Part shown: piece by piece, positions 29,061 to 38,748 of the stretch
How the letters are laid out: the number at the start of each line of letters is the position of its first letter
How positions within the stretch are numbered: the first letter of the stretch is position 1
Assembly (NCBI GenBank): GCA_022561385.1
Contig: JADFRG010000007.1
Location: forward strand, 14,498-78,497
Source: Chloroflexota bacterium
Lineage (GTDB): Bacteria; Chloroflexota; Anaerolineae; Anaerolineales; E44-bin32
Direction: 5' to 3'
Length of the DNA: 64,000 nucleotides
Translations under genes and position numbers: made by a program
The notes under the pieces: model-generated
What the model saw: only the letters and a program-made list of their open reading frames with translations
Told to the model about the DNA's origin: nothing
Database searches by the model: none

Positions 29061-29090
29061 AGGCCGCCCATTCGGGCGGCCTTTATTTGC
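29061..29090. terminator. Terminator hairpin between convergent genes
   Basis: AGGCCGCCC-ATTC-GGGCGGCCT followed by TTATTTG, with an A-rich tract upstream. Confidence 0.65.
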
Positions 29091-29120
29091 GAAGAGATAA
29101 GGCTCACAAATTCAGGCGGG

Positions 29121-30272
29121 TCACTCGATTCCCAAGACGCGTCGGGCGATCACCAGTCGTTGAATTTCACTCGTGCCCTCACCAATCGTCATCAGCCGAG
29201 CGTCGCGGTAGATTCGTTCTACGGGGTATTCCGCGCTGTAGCCGTAGCCTCCTAATATCTGGATCGCGTTGCGACATACACGTTCTGCCATCTCCGTCGC
29301 AAACAGCTTCGCAATCGAAGCTTCCTTGGTGAAGGGGAGCTCTGCCTGCTTGAGCCAGGCCGCTCTGTAGACTAATAGACGTGCGGCCTCAATTTCGGTG
29401 GCCGCGTCTGCGATCATCCACTGAATGGCCTGTTTCTGGCTTAGCGGTTCACCAAACGCCCGGCGTTCTTTCGCGTATCGAATGGCTTCCTCCGCCGCGG
29501 ATCTTGCCAAACCCACCGCCAGCGCGCCGATGGACACTCGGCCGCCGTCCAGCACCTCCAACGTCTGATAGATCCCATCTCCCGGCGCCCCGAGTAGGTG
29601 ATCCTCAGGCACGCGCACTTTCTCAAACGTCAAGGCGTGGGTGGGTGAAGCGCGAACCCCCATCTTTTTTTCGGCAGGATGGATATGGAGCCCCGCAGAT
29701 CCGACGGGCACAACGATGAGACTCAAGGCCCTCGAACCGCCGCCAGGGTCCGTTCGGCATAAAGTAACAATTTGAGAGGCTACGCTGGCATTCGTAATCC
29801 AGGCCTTGCTGCCATTTATTATCCACTCGCCGTTCGTGAGCTCCGCACGCGTCTGAACCCCGCCCATGAGATCCGACCCGCCCCCCGGCTCGGTCAGGGC
29901 CAGGGAACCCAGGCCCTCCGACCCGAGCGCCAGTTTGGGCAGCCAGCGCACCTTCTGCTGCTCGGTGCCGAAAAGCGCGATCGGCGCGCAGGCCAGTCCA
30001 TTGTGGGCAGAGACGCTGAGCGCGGTACCCCCATCGGCCCATCCCAGCTCCTCAATGGCGATTGCGGCGCTTATGGCATCTATTTCTGCACCGCCATATT
30101 GCTCCGGGACATTAAGCCCCAGCAGGCCCAGCGGACCCATCTTCCGAACCGCGGCGGCGTTGTATTCTTGCCGTTCATCCATCTCGGCTGCCAGTGGCCT
30201 GACTTCCCGCGCGCAAAACTCGTGCACGGTCTCTTGCCACCTGTGCTGCTCATCACTTAATTCAAAATCCAT
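29121..30272 (-). CDS. Acyl-CoA dehydrogenase
   Basis: 383 aa with ACAD motifs (LTEPGGGSD, catalytic region IGEGTSEIQRLVIAR). Confidence 0.9.
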   Translation of the reverse strand: MDFELSDEQHRWQETVHEFCAREVRPLAAEMDERQEYNAAAVRKMGPLGLLGLNVPEQYGGAEIDAISAAIAIEELGWADGGTALSVSAHNGLACAPIALFGTEQQKVRWLPKLALGSEGLGSLALTEPGGGSDLMGGVQTRAELTNGEWIINGSKAWITNASVASQIVTLCRTDPGGGSRALSLIVVPVGSAGLHIHPAEKKMGVRASPTHALTFEKVRVPEDHLLGAPGDGIYQTLEVLDGGRVSIGALAVGLARSAAEEAIRYAKERRAFGEPLSQKQAIQWMIADAATEIEAARLLVYRAAWLKQAELPFTKEASIAKLFATEMAERVCRNAIQILGGYGYSAEYPVERIYRDARLMTIGEGTSEIQRLVIARRVLGIE

Positions 30273-30393
30273 ATCAATCTTCCGCGCGCATTACCCTGCG
30301 CATAACCAATGGGGAAAAAAATTCAACCGCCGCCTGGATGCAGGGCGCCGGCAAACAGCCTCATTCGTAGACCCTGACTAAATGGTCTTCGCG

Positions 30394-32385
30394 TCACGAA
30401 CCGCCTCTGGCGGATGCAAATTCATCCAGCGCCTCGGGATTCAGAAGTGCGGAGGTGTCGCCATAGTCCAGGCCCAGATACGCAGCGCGCATCATCCGCC
30501 GCATCACCTTCGCGTTTCGTGTCCTCGGCAAATCGCTAACGAATCGCACCTGGCTCGGCGCAAGCGGTTTCCCCAGTTCTTCAGCTGCTTTCTCCCGAAG
30601 TTCGACAGCCAGCTCGTTCGACGGTTCAATCCCGGGCGACAGAACACAGAAGGCGATGAGTTCGCTGCCTTTGATCTCATGTGGAATGCCAATCGCGGCG
30701 GCTTCTACCACCGCGGGGTGGGCCACAAGCACGGATTCGACCTCGGCTGGTCCGAGGCGTTTGCCCGCGATCTTGATCGTGTCATCCGATCGGCCCAGGA
30801 TATACCAGGAGCCGTCCGCATCCACTGCGGCAAAATCTCCGTGCACCCACACATCCGGCCATCGGGACCAATAGGTCTCGAGGTAGCGTTCCGGGTCTTT
30901 CCAAAACCCGCGGGTCATACCGATCCAGGGAGACTTGATGACCAGCTCGCCCACCTGGTTGGTAACCGAATTTCCCTGCTCATCGAAAACATCGGCCGCA
31001 ATTCCTGGGCAGGGACCGGAGAAGGCGGTTGGCTTCAGCGGGAGGATCGGATTACCCATGAGGATACCGCCCGATATTTCGGTTCCGCCAGAGTAGTTGA
31101 TGATCGGAAGGTTGCCGCCCCCGACATTCTGAAACAACCACATCCATGGATCGGGATTCCAGGGTTCACCCGTCGACCCGAAAAGCCGCAGAGAGGAAAG
31201 ATCATGGGCCCGGAAGGGTTCTTCCCCGTACGGTATCAGAGCCCGAACAAGTGTGGGCGAGAGACCCAGGCTGGTAATCTTGTGGCGCTCCACGAGATCC
31301 CATACACGATCCGGACCTGGAAAATCGGGGGCGCCGTCGTAGAGCACAAACGTGCCCCCAAGCAGGAGCGCGCCAAACACCAACCAGGGACCCATCATCC
31401 AGCCCATGTCGGTCATCCAATAAATTCGGTCGCCGGGATGGACGTCCATTCCAAAGGCCATGTCCTGTGCGGCCTTGACCGGAAAACCACAGTGGGTATG
31501 GACCGCGCCCTTGGGCTTTCCGGTTGTACCGGAGGTATGGATCACCATCAGAGGCGCCTCGGCCAGCGTGTCCTCCGTTTCCGCCTCGGTGGGCTGCCCG
31601 GACAACAATGAATCCCAGGAGAGAGCCCGGCCATCGAAGCCCTCGATCGGCAGTCCGGCATGCGAATAAACAACAACATGTTCCAGGGTAGGGCAAGCTC
31701 GGGCGGCCTGATCCGCGACCACCATCATCTCGATCGTGGACCCCCGGCGGGGATAACCATCGGCGGTGATTAATGCTCGGGCCTCTCCATCTACCAGGCG
31801 CGAGGCCACCGCTCCCACGCCGAACCCGGAGAACAGCGGCAGAATCACCCCGCCGATCTTGGCGATCGCCAGCAACGCGACCACGATTTCCGGCACCATC
31901 GGCATGTACAGTCCGATGGCGTCGCCCAGCCCCAGTCCGAGGGAACGCAGACCGCCGGCCGCCAGGTTTACCTGAATGCGAAGCTCCTCGTAGGTGAACG
32001 TGCGCACCTGGCCGCCTTCTCCCTCCCAGATTAGCGCCGGTCGGAGCGCGGTTTGGGTGTCCACATATTTATCGAGGCAGTTATGGACGATATTCATTCG
32101 CCCACCCACACACCAATGGGGCCAGGCGATACCCTCCGACAAATCTACAACCTGGGAGTACGGTTTGGCGAAGCGGATGTCCAGGTATTTCAACAGAGCC
32201 TCGGTGAACCAGCCCACATCCTGCGTCGAGCGAGCCATGAGGTCATCGAAGTCGGGAATCGCATGTTCCCGCATGAACTGGGTCAGATGGGCTCGCTCGG
32301 TGTATTCAGGCCCCGGCTCCCACACTATCCCATGGCTGAAGCTAAGCTTGGATTCGTTTCTCATTTCATGGACCCGAGCGCGCAA
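30394..32385 (-). CDS. AMP-forming acyl-CoA synthetase (acetyl-/acetoacetyl-CoA synthetase family)
   Basis: AMP-binding motif HTSGTTGKPKG, plus YSGGTEISG, GDFAAVDADGSWYILGRSDDTIKIAGKR and LPRTRNAKVMRR. The start is either TTG 32385 or ATG 32364. Confidence 0.8.
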   Translation of the reverse strand: MRARVHEMRNESKLSFSHGIVWEPGPEYTERAHLTQFMREHAIPDFDDLMARSTQDVGWFTEALLKYLDIRFAKPYSQVVDLSEGIAWPHWCVGGRMNIVHNCLDKYVDTQTALRPALIWEGEGGQVRTFTYEELRIQVNLAAGGLRSLGLGLGDAIGLYMPMVPEIVVALLAIAKIGGVILPLFSGFGVGAVASRLVDGEARALITADGYPRRGSTIEMMVVADQAARACPTLEHVVVYSHAGLPIEGFDGRALSWDSLLSGQPTEAETEDTLAEAPLMVIHTSGTTGKPKGAVHTHCGFPVKAAQDMAFGMDVHPGDRIYWMTDMGWMMGPWLVFGALLLGGTFVLYDGAPDFPGPDRVWDLVERHKITSLGLSPTLVRALIPYGEEPFRAHDLSSLRLFGSTGEPWNPDPWMWLFQNVGGGNLPIINYSGGTEISGGILMGNPILPLKPTAFSGPCPGIAADVFDEQGNSVTNQVGELVIKSPWIGMTRGFWKDPERYLETYWSRWPDVWVHGDFAAVDADGSWYILGRSDDTIKIAGKRLGPAEVESVLVAHPAVVEAAAIGIPHEIKGSELIAFCVLSPGIEPSNELAVELREKAAEELGKPLAPSQVRFVSDLPRTRNAKVMRRMMRAAYLGLDYGDTSALLNPEALDEFASARGGS

Positions 32386-32410
32386 AGGAGATATTTCTCA
32401 CCCGCCAGGT

Positions 32411-33190
32411 TCAGGAGGCCCGATCTCCCTTAGGGTTGATTTGTTTGGCATGGATTTGTATCAGCTGCAGGCAAATCTCGGCATTGGGAACGGCGTTGGC
32501 TCGTACCCGAATCGGAGCCCCTCGCTGGTTGGTCTTTAGAACAATTCTTCCATCTTTCAGTTCGGCAGAGGCCACTTCGCTCCAGCTAAGCCGCCGCTGA
32601 CCCTTAACGACTCCCTCCGGTCGGACCTGAAGGGGCCCGAAGGGTATCGGCTGCCCATTCCGTAGATGCTGGGAGTATTCTTTCAGGAGGCGTGGGTAGA
32701 CCTGGCGCTTGATGGTTGTGATCAGTTGGGCGAGCCCGGCCAACGTATCTGGAAAGCGCAGTTTTCGGCCTCCCGAGAGTTCGAGGCGCAGAGTTGATCG
32801 AGATCCCCAGATCAACCCAAGAACTCCGTATGTGACCCCTGACACCAGTACGGCCTGAATCTCGCCCCATGTCAGAGTCGAAATATGGTTCCTGCGCTGG
32901 ATTTGAAGTCCCTTCTCAAAGGAGGTGACAGATAACCAGTGCCAACGGATGACCCAGGCGGCCCCAATCAGTCCGACCACCAGAAATACCAGGCCAAATG
33001 CCAGCCAAGCCGCTCCCCACCGCCAGACGACGGCCGGGCCGTAGTTGCTCAATGCAAAGTTCCAACGGTAGGCTCCGATCAGGAGGAACCCGCCGCCGGC
33101 CGCCAGCCCTACGGTTGCCATGGCTAGATGCAAGCGCCGCTCCCGGCGGCGAGCCTTATGCAACATGACCGCGTTTCCCAGTGGATTCAT
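32411..33190 (-). CDS. Hypothetical membrane protein
   Basis: 259 aa with 3-4 TM helices and a soluble C-terminal part. No family was recognised. Confidence 0.45.
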   Translation of the reverse strand: MNPLGNAVMLHKARRRERRLHLAMATVGLAAGGGFLLIGAYRWNFALSNYGPAVVWRWGAAWLAFGLVFLVVGLIGAAWVIRWHWLSVTSFEKGLQIQRRNHISTLTWGEIQAVLVSGVTYGVLGLIWGSRSTLRLELSGGRKLRFPDTLAGLAQLITTIKRQVYPRLLKEYSQHLRNGQPIPFGPLQVRPEGVVKGQRRLSWSEVASAELKDGRIVLKTNQRGAPIRVRANAVPNAEICLQLIQIHAKQINPKGDRAS

Positions 33191-33936
33191 AGGCCCAGCA
33201 ATCGCGCGGAAATAAACGACAGCAAAAATATGAAGGCCCCCACAACCATGGACACTAGAGCCGCGGGACGGCGCTCGGTCGGAGAGAAGGCCACCCCGAC
33301 TCCGAGGCCGAGCGCCACTCCTCCCATGCCGAGCGAGCTCGACAACAATGGCAGCAGGAAATCGGGATCGGGAATTGCGTAGGCGGCGAGAATGAGGCCG
33401 CCGCCTGCAATTCCAGCCCAGCGGGCGTACGTCTCGAGCAACGCGGTCCGGTTGGGAACCATTTCTGGGATGTCGGGCAGGCCCTCTTCCAGGCCGACGC
33501 TGCCCCGGGTTCCATAAAGCATTCGATAAAACAATAACTGGTTCCAGGTCATCAGCACCAGAATCCCGCGCACGAAGCCTAGAGCCAGGCCCTCAATCAG
33601 CCCGGCTTCAAAAATCTGAACGATAGGGTCCAAGGCGAATACCTGATTGATGGCGGGCACAAGCCCGAGCAGCGAAAGCGCCCAGGTAATGGATACGAGC
33701 GCCAACAACGCGGGTTGTAAGCCCAGGAGGGGATTCTTATGGGCAGGGTCCGGCGAGGCGCTCAGGAACAGGAGCGCAGATCCGGCCATCCATTGGATGG
33801 GGATCGCTCCCGGAACCGCCAGAAACGTCAGCACCGCCATCCCTGCAAACAAGACCGCCCAGGCGAGGAGAACGCGCCGCAGCCGCCTGACCGCTTTGAG
33901 AAGGTTGGGGTGGTTAGGTGATAAGTTTTGGGGCAA
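33187..33936 (-). CDS. Hypothetical polytopic membrane protein
   Basis: 249 aa with about 7 TM. It overlaps the start of the downstream ORF (32411-33190) by 4 nt. Confidence 0.45.
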   Translation of the reverse strand: MPQNLSPNHPNLLKAVRRLRRVLLAWAVLFAGMAVLTFLAVPGAIPIQWMAGSALLFLSASPDPAHKNPLLGLQPALLALVSITWALSLLGLVPAINQVFALDPIVQIFEAGLIEGLALGFVRGILVLMTWNQLLFYRMLYGTRGSVGLEEGLPDIPEMVPNRTALLETYARWAGIAGGGLILAAYAIPDPDFLLPLLSSSLGMGGVALGLGVGVAFSPTERRPAALVSMVVGAFIFLLSFISARLLGL

Positions 33937-33960
33937 GGGGGGTTCCGCTTTGCCAGCCGA

Positions 33961-34518
33961 TCAAGCTTCAGCAGCTCGCGGGATGAAATATACGTCGGTT
34001 GGTTTGAGTTTGCTGTTGCGAAGGAAGCGAGGTTCTATTTCCATTCCGATCCAATCCAGCGAAGCCGCAAGAGGGTCTACTCCGACCAGGCGAGCCATAA
34101 ACAGCGTATCCACATCTTCGTATTCCACGAGGATCAAGACAAATGGTGTCTCCGGCAGGAACTCTTCCGAGCCGAAGTGGCAGACCGTAAACGCGTGAAC
34201 GCTGGCTTTGCGGGTACTAATATCGATCCACTCGGTTTCTTCACCGGAGTACATGTCGTGGCCACGCGGGGTGGCATAGGTGTAGCCAGTCTTGGAATCC
34301 CGATTCGCCAGCAGCCGCTTGTTGGAGGCGGCCGCAAACCACGGGCTGTCCTGGCCATAAGAATGCAGATAGGTGATCTTGTATTCCTGTTCGATTTGGA
34401 GCGGCGCCATGCGCTTTAAGAAAGCCAGCGAATCCGGATCGGTCTCCTTAGGAAACGGAATGCCGTGAACCACATATCCGCCCAGGGTTTCAGGCCGCTT
34501 TTTGGGAATTTCAGCCAT
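33961..34518 (-). CDS. DUF35-like OB-fold protein (thiolase-associated), lacking the usual zinc-ribbon cysteines
   Basis: The C-terminal OB pattern is VHAFTVCH...PFVLILVEYEDVDTLFMARLVGVD. It lies directly downstream of a thiolase-like gene. The CxxC...CxxC positions read RDSKTG...PRGHDMYSG. Confidence 0.6.
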   Translation of the reverse strand: MAEIPKKRPETLGGYVVHGIPFPKETDPDSLAFLKRMAPLQIEQEYKITYLHSYGQDSPWFAAASNKRLLANRDSKTGYTYATPRGHDMYSGEETEWIDISTRKASVHAFTVCHFGSEEFLPETPFVLILVEYEDVDTLFMARLVGVDPLAASLDWIGMEIEPRFLRNSKLKPTDVYFIPRAAEA

Positions 34519-34520
34519 AT

Positions 34521-35885
34521 CTATGCCTCCTGCTCCAGGATGCTCACTGTCACGTACGTTCCGGTTCCCGCATGGGAGTGGATGGCACCGCGCTTGGCAC
34601 CTTCCACTTGCAGGGTGTCATCCTTAAAGTGAATCCCGATGCTCCCCTGCAGCTGCCACATTGCAAAGACTCCCTGCATCAGGCCGGTCGCCCCGACTGG
34701 ATGTCCGCATGCAATCAGCCCGCCCGAAGGGTTGACCGGGCAGAGCGGAGCATGTTCCAGGTCCAGATCGTATTCGACGTTAGGCATGAAGGCCTTGCCG
34801 GAGGTCGCAAAGGCTCCGCCTTCTCCGTAGCGACACAGGCCGAGGTCCTCATAGGTCTGAATTTCGCTGGAAGTGTAGGCGTCGTGGAGCTCGATGAAAT
34901 CCAGCTCGTTCAGGGGGTCGTCGATGCCGGCATGTTTGTACGCCATGTTGCCCGCGGTTCGGCCTGCTCGAAAAGAGTGCACTCCGGGATAACGCGTGCC
35001 GCGATCCCACAGCACCTTGTAGTAGGCACGCGTCTCATCGGAATCTTTTTCTTGCTCCGTGGCGTAGTCCCGAATGAAAGTCTCGTAGTCTACGTGTGGC
35101 CGGTCGGCCATTCGCATGGCATCTGTTCCGCGACCTATACCGGTCACTCGAACCAACGGCCGGCGGACCTTGGCGCCGGCGGCCTCCAACCGTCGAAGCC
35201 CATCTTCGGAGGCGAAGAGTGTTACCGCCGCACCATCCGACATCACACAGATATCCAGACGGGTCAGGGGCCAGGCCACCATGGGAGAGTTGCGCACGTC
35301 TTCGATCGAGTAGCGATGGCGCTTCTGTGCGTAAGGGTTGTAGTAAGCGTTGGTATGGTTCTTGACCGAAACAGTCGCCATTTGTTCGACGGTTGTGCCA
35401 AACTCCTTCATGTGGCGCGTCACCATCATGGCGTAGTATCCGGAATAGAATCCGCCGACCGGATAGTCCCAGGAAACGTCCGAGGCTAGGGCGATGAATT
35501 CGTTGCCTTTCCAGGTCTCGACGCGGCTCATAGTCTCAAATCCATACGCCACGCATAACTCCATATGGCCTGAAGCAATCGCCTTCCAGGCTTCCTGGAA
35601 ACACAAACCTCCGGTGGCGCCACCGCCCTCCACCCGATGACTGGGCTTGGGACACAGCCCCAGATAGTCCTGGGCCATAATGCCCGACATCAGCTGGCGG
35701 CTGAAATGGTCTGAAAAATACGAAGCCACCGATCCATCCACCAGCGAATTGAAGGTCGGAAAGTCGAGTCCGATATCTTGAATGGAATAGTCGTAGGCTT
35801 CTTTTACAATGGCCTGGAAAGTTTTGTCTGGGCGAGCTTTGGCAAACTTCGAAACTCCGCCCGACACAACATAGACGGGACGCAT
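34521..35885 (-). CDS. Thiolase-like (SCP-x/archaeal-type acetyl-CoA acetyltransferase family) protein
   Basis: 454 aa with N terminus VYVVSGGVSKFAK and C terminus GGLIACGHPVGATG...HSHAGTG, typical of the thiolase fold. Confidence 0.8.
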   Translation of the reverse strand: MRPVYVVSGGVSKFAKARPDKTFQAIVKEAYDYSIQDIGLDFPTFNSLVDGSVASYFSDHFSRQLMSGIMAQDYLGLCPKPSHRVEGGGATGGLCFQEAWKAIASGHMELCVAYGFETMSRVETWKGNEFIALASDVSWDYPVGGFYSGYYAMMVTRHMKEFGTTVEQMATVSVKNHTNAYYNPYAQKRHRYSIEDVRNSPMVAWPLTRLDICVMSDGAAVTLFASEDGLRRLEAAGAKVRRPLVRVTGIGRGTDAMRMADRPHVDYETFIRDYATEQEKDSDETRAYYKVLWDRGTRYPGVHSFRAGRTAGNMAYKHAGIDDPLNELDFIELHDAYTSSEIQTYEDLGLCRYGEGGAFATSGKAFMPNVEYDLDLEHAPLCPVNPSGGLIACGHPVGATGLMQGVFAMWQLQGSIGIHFKDDTLQVEGAKRGAIHSHAGTGTYVTVSILEQEA

Positions 35886-35981
35886 CGAGATTGTTCCTCC
35901 AACGGTGGGACCATTCTACCTCCGCGGGCTGTGCCAACGAATCGCCACACGTATGCTAGGATCCGTACTCGGAGGATTTGA

Positions 35982-36605
35982 ATGAGGTACCTTGTGTTGA
36001 TCACCAGTGCAATACTGCTCGGGGCGTGCGCAACCGAAAGTGTTACGGCCTCCCCGATTGCCGAGCCCACTCAAGCGGTTCCCGCGGTGGAGCCGACCCA
36101 GCAGGAGCTCCAGCCAACGGCTGAGCAGCCCTCTCCAACGGATGGGCCGGACTTCAAACTCCTGAGCTCGGCGTTTGTGCAGGGCGATCCGATTCCTGCG
36201 GCCTTCTCGTGTGACGGGGAAAATATCTCACCCGGCCTGACCTGGACCCATCCGCCAGACGGTCTGCTGAGTTTTGCCCTCATCCTTGACGATCCCGATG
36301 CGCCGGTTGGCACCTGGGTGCATTGGGTGCTCTTCAATATTCCGGCCGAGGCACGTTCCCTGCCCGAGTCCATCGGGCCAGATCCCATGTTAGCCAACGG
36401 GGCGGTGCATGGTTCAAATAGCTGGAACTCCATTGGTTATGGTGGGCCCTGTCCACCCGGCGGTGAGCATCGCTACTTCTTCAAGTTGTATGCACTGGAC
36501 AGTGATCTTGAGTTAGAAGTAGGTGCCACGAAGGAGCAGGTGCTGGCGGCCATGGAGGGTCATATCCTGGGTCAAACCGACCTAATGGGCACCTATTCCC
36601 GTTAG
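35982..36605 (+). CDS. YbhB/YbcL (PEBP/Raf-kinase-inhibitor-like) family lipoprotein
   Basis: Lipobox LLGAC. DDPDAPVGTWVHWVLFNIP and GYGGPCPPGGEHRYFFKLYAL are PEBP signatures. Confidence 0.85.
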   Translation: MRYLVLITSAILLGACATESVTASPIAEPTQAVPAVEPTQQELQPTAEQPSPTDGPDFKLLSSAFVQGDPIPAAFSCDGENISPGLTWTHPPDGLLSFALILDDPDAPVGTWVHWVLFNIPAEARSLPESIGPDPMLANGAVHGSNSWNSIGYGGPCPPGGEHRYFFKLYALDSDLELEVGATKEQVLAAMEGHILGQTDLMGTYSR

Positions 36606-36652
36606 AGGATCCGGACCGAATTCTGGACGCGCGACTGTAAAAGGGGAGCTCG

Positions 36653-37546
36653 TCAGGGAGCGGAGTCAGCAGGCTGAGCGTCCTGAGCCGCTCGCCTGCG
36701 CCTGCCGGCCCCTGCCAAGGCGGCCAGGACGATACTTATCAGGTAAAGCACAATCATCGGCGCCATGACGAGCGCCATGTTCACAGGATCTACCGTCGGC
36801 GTTGCGGCAGCCGCCAGAACCGCGATCCCTACGATTGCGAAACGCCAGTTGCGCGCTAGCGAGCGAGCGTTCACAAATCCCAATCCGGCCAGCACATAAA
36901 TAACAAGAGGGAATTGGAAGGAGACCCCGATCCAGAACATCAGGCTGGTCACGAAACGTACGTAATTGGAGGGACGGGGAACCGTGGTGACGCCCATAAA
37001 AGTGAGCAGGAACGGCAACGCAGTGGGAAGTACAACAAAGTAGGTAAAGCCGATCCCGGCTGCGAAGAGCAAGAACGAAAACGGAATAGAAAACAACACC
37101 AACCGCCGTTCGGCTCGCTTCAATCCAGGATTAACAAAAGCAAAGAGCTCGAACAGAATGTAGGGAAAAGCCAGGACGAATCCGGTCAAAAGCGATACGC
37201 GCATAAAAGTGCCGATCGATTCGGTGACTTCGATCGATTGCAGCGCTTCGACTCCACCGACCGGTTTTGCCAGCAAGTCCAGAGTCCGCGAGGCAAAGGC
37301 AAAGCTCAATGCCGTCGTCCCGATTAGCACGATGAGCGCGCGGAAGAGATGTCGCCGCAGAGCCTCCAGGTGATCGACCAACAGCATGGGCTCCGCAAAC
37401 GCCCGCGCGATGACATCCGTGGTGGGGTTATCTTGCGGCTCCTGGTCCAGGAATTTACGGTAGGCCCGATAAGGCCACAAGAGGCCCCTGACCGGAGCCG
37501 TGACGAGTGTCCAGAGTTTTCCGGTTAACCTACGCATCACACACAC
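36653..37546 (-). CDS. tatC: Twin-arginine translocase subunit TatC
   Basis: Six TM helices with HLEALRRHL...FVNPGL...P motifs of TatC, adjacent to a tatA/B-type gene. Confidence 0.85.
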   Translation of the reverse strand: MCVMRRLTGKLWTLVTAPVRGLLWPYRAYRKFLDQEPQDNPTTDVIARAFAEPMLLVDHLEALRRHLFRALIVLIGTTALSFAFASRTLDLLAKPVGGVEALQSIEVTESIGTFMRVSLLTGFVLAFPYILFELFAFVNPGLKRAERRLVLFSIPFSFLLFAAGIGFTYFVVLPTALPFLLTFMGVTTVPRPSNYVRFVTSLMFWIGVSFQFPLVIYVLAGLGFVNARSLARNWRFAIVGIAVLAAAATPTVDPVNMALVMAPMIVLYLISIVLAALAGAGRRRRAAQDAQPADSAP

Positions 37547-37547
37547 A

Positions 37548-37904
37548 TTACTCTTTAGGGGAGGAGCCTTCGGCGTTCTTGGAGCTGTCGTTCGGCTTGG
37601 AGCGGGCCTCCGGCGAAAGATCGATATCCTTCAGCTGATCGAGGCCCGCGGAAACGCCCTGCTCCATTTCCCGCTTCACTTGCGCCAACTCTTCCAAGGC
37701 CGCTTCTCTCGCCAGCCGGTTGGGGAGCGCGCGGATATTCCTAGACGCTTCGCTCAGGTTTTGCCAGGCCTCGGAGCGATATAGTTCATTCAACAAACGG
37801 CCCGCAGAGCGAGCCGCCTTTCCGATGTCTTTAGGCCCAACGGCGATCAGCGCGATCAGGATTATGAATAATGCTTCAAGCGGGCCTATTCCCAGGATTT
37901 CCAT
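37548..37904 (-). CDS. Twin-arginine translocase TatA/TatB-family subunit
   Basis: N-terminal TM plus amphipathic helix (LEALFIILIALIAVGPKDIGKAARSAG). Confidence 0.75.
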   Translation of the reverse strand: MEILGIGPLEALFIILIALIAVGPKDIGKAARSAGRLLNELYRSEAWQNLSEASRNIRALPNRLAREAALEELAQVKREMEQGVSAGLDQLKDIDLSPEARSKPNDSSKNAEGSSPKE

Positions 37905-37919
37905 TTATGGGGTCCGATA

Positions 37920-38345
37920 TCACTTCACCGAGGATGGTTTCCTTGAGCTCCTCCTGCCTGCCAGGGTACCGAGGACACCGTTTACGAATCGGGGAGCACT
38001 GTCGGAACCGTAACGCTTGGCGAGTTCCACTGCTTCATTAATGGCGACCTTGACCGGAGTTTCGCCCCAAATCAGGAGCTCCCAAAGGGACAGGCGCAAG
38101 ATATTCCGATCAATTACTGCGAGCTCGCTAATCGGCCACTCCGGAGCGCTTTCGGCGACCATCACATCAATCTCATCCCTCGAATCCAGGGTGCCGCGTA
38201 CCAGCGTGTTCATGAACTCCCTGGCCTCCGAGGACAGCTCCTCCCCATAGCGCGCCAGGACTTCTTCCGCGGGGTGGTTCACGCTGTCGATCTCATACAG
38301 CACCTGGAGCGCCTGGGAACGGGCTCGTCGCCGCTCACGCTTCAT
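37920..38345 (-). CDS. nusB: Transcription antitermination factor NusB
   Basis: 141 aa with RRARSQALQVLYE...DRNILRLSLWEL...PVKVAINEAVELAKRYG. Confidence 0.85.
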   Translation of the reverse strand: MKRERRRARSQALQVLYEIDSVNHPAEEVLARYGEELSSEAREFMNTLVRGTLDSRDEIDVMVAESAPEWPISELAVIDRNILRLSLWELLIWGETPVKVAINEAVELAKRYGSDSAPRFVNGVLGTLAGRRSSRKPSSVK

Positions 38346-38748
38346 GTTCGAATACGATTTCTTCTATATGCACGTCTACCCGAGTGACCTGCATACCCAC
38401 CATGTCCTCCAACGCACGTGCGACATCACGCTGGACTTTTCGGCTGACCTTGCGCACTTCGACCCCATAATCTAGCGCTAAATATAGATCCGCCGCCACG
38501 GAATTGTCGGCGAGTTCGATATAAACACCGTCGCCCGCCTCACGCTTGAACAGCCGACTCACCCCGCCCGGAATGGGCGCCAGGCCCGCTACGCCCGGAA
38601 CAGAGAGACTCGTGAGCTGAGCAATCCGAACCAGTACGCCAGGCGCAATCGTCGTGATTCCGGGCGCACGAGCTTCGTCCGGTTTACCTGCTGATTCTGC
38701 CACCTTAGATTTTGCCTTCGCCATTATCTGAAGGGTTGCCTCGCTCAA
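38335..38748 (-). CDS. Asp23/Gls24-family envelope stress protein
   Basis: ITTIAPGVLVRIAQLTSLSVPGV...V.V.V pattern. The gene is commonly found next to nusB. Confidence 0.8.
   Translation of the reverse strand: MSEATLQIMAKAKSKVAESAGKPDEARAPGITTIAPGVLVRIAQLTSLSVPGVAGLAPIPGGVSRLFKREAGDGVYIELADNSVAADLYLALDYGVEVRKVSRKVQRDVARALEDMVGMQVTRVDVHIEEIVFEHEA

Noticed and set aside
30382-31611. Long antisense ORFs lying inside well-supported genes. Examples are 30382-31611 (409 aa), 10421-11353 (310 aa), 34572-35489 (305 aa), 9107-9946 (279 aa), 25003-25692 (229 aa), 6368-7015 (215 aa) and 15811-16389 (192 aa).
   Set aside because: Each lies opposite a gene with clear family motifs. Their translations are Arg/Pro/Gly/Ser-rich and low in complexity, which is typical of shadow ORFs in high-GC DNA. 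None has a recognisable RBS or domain.
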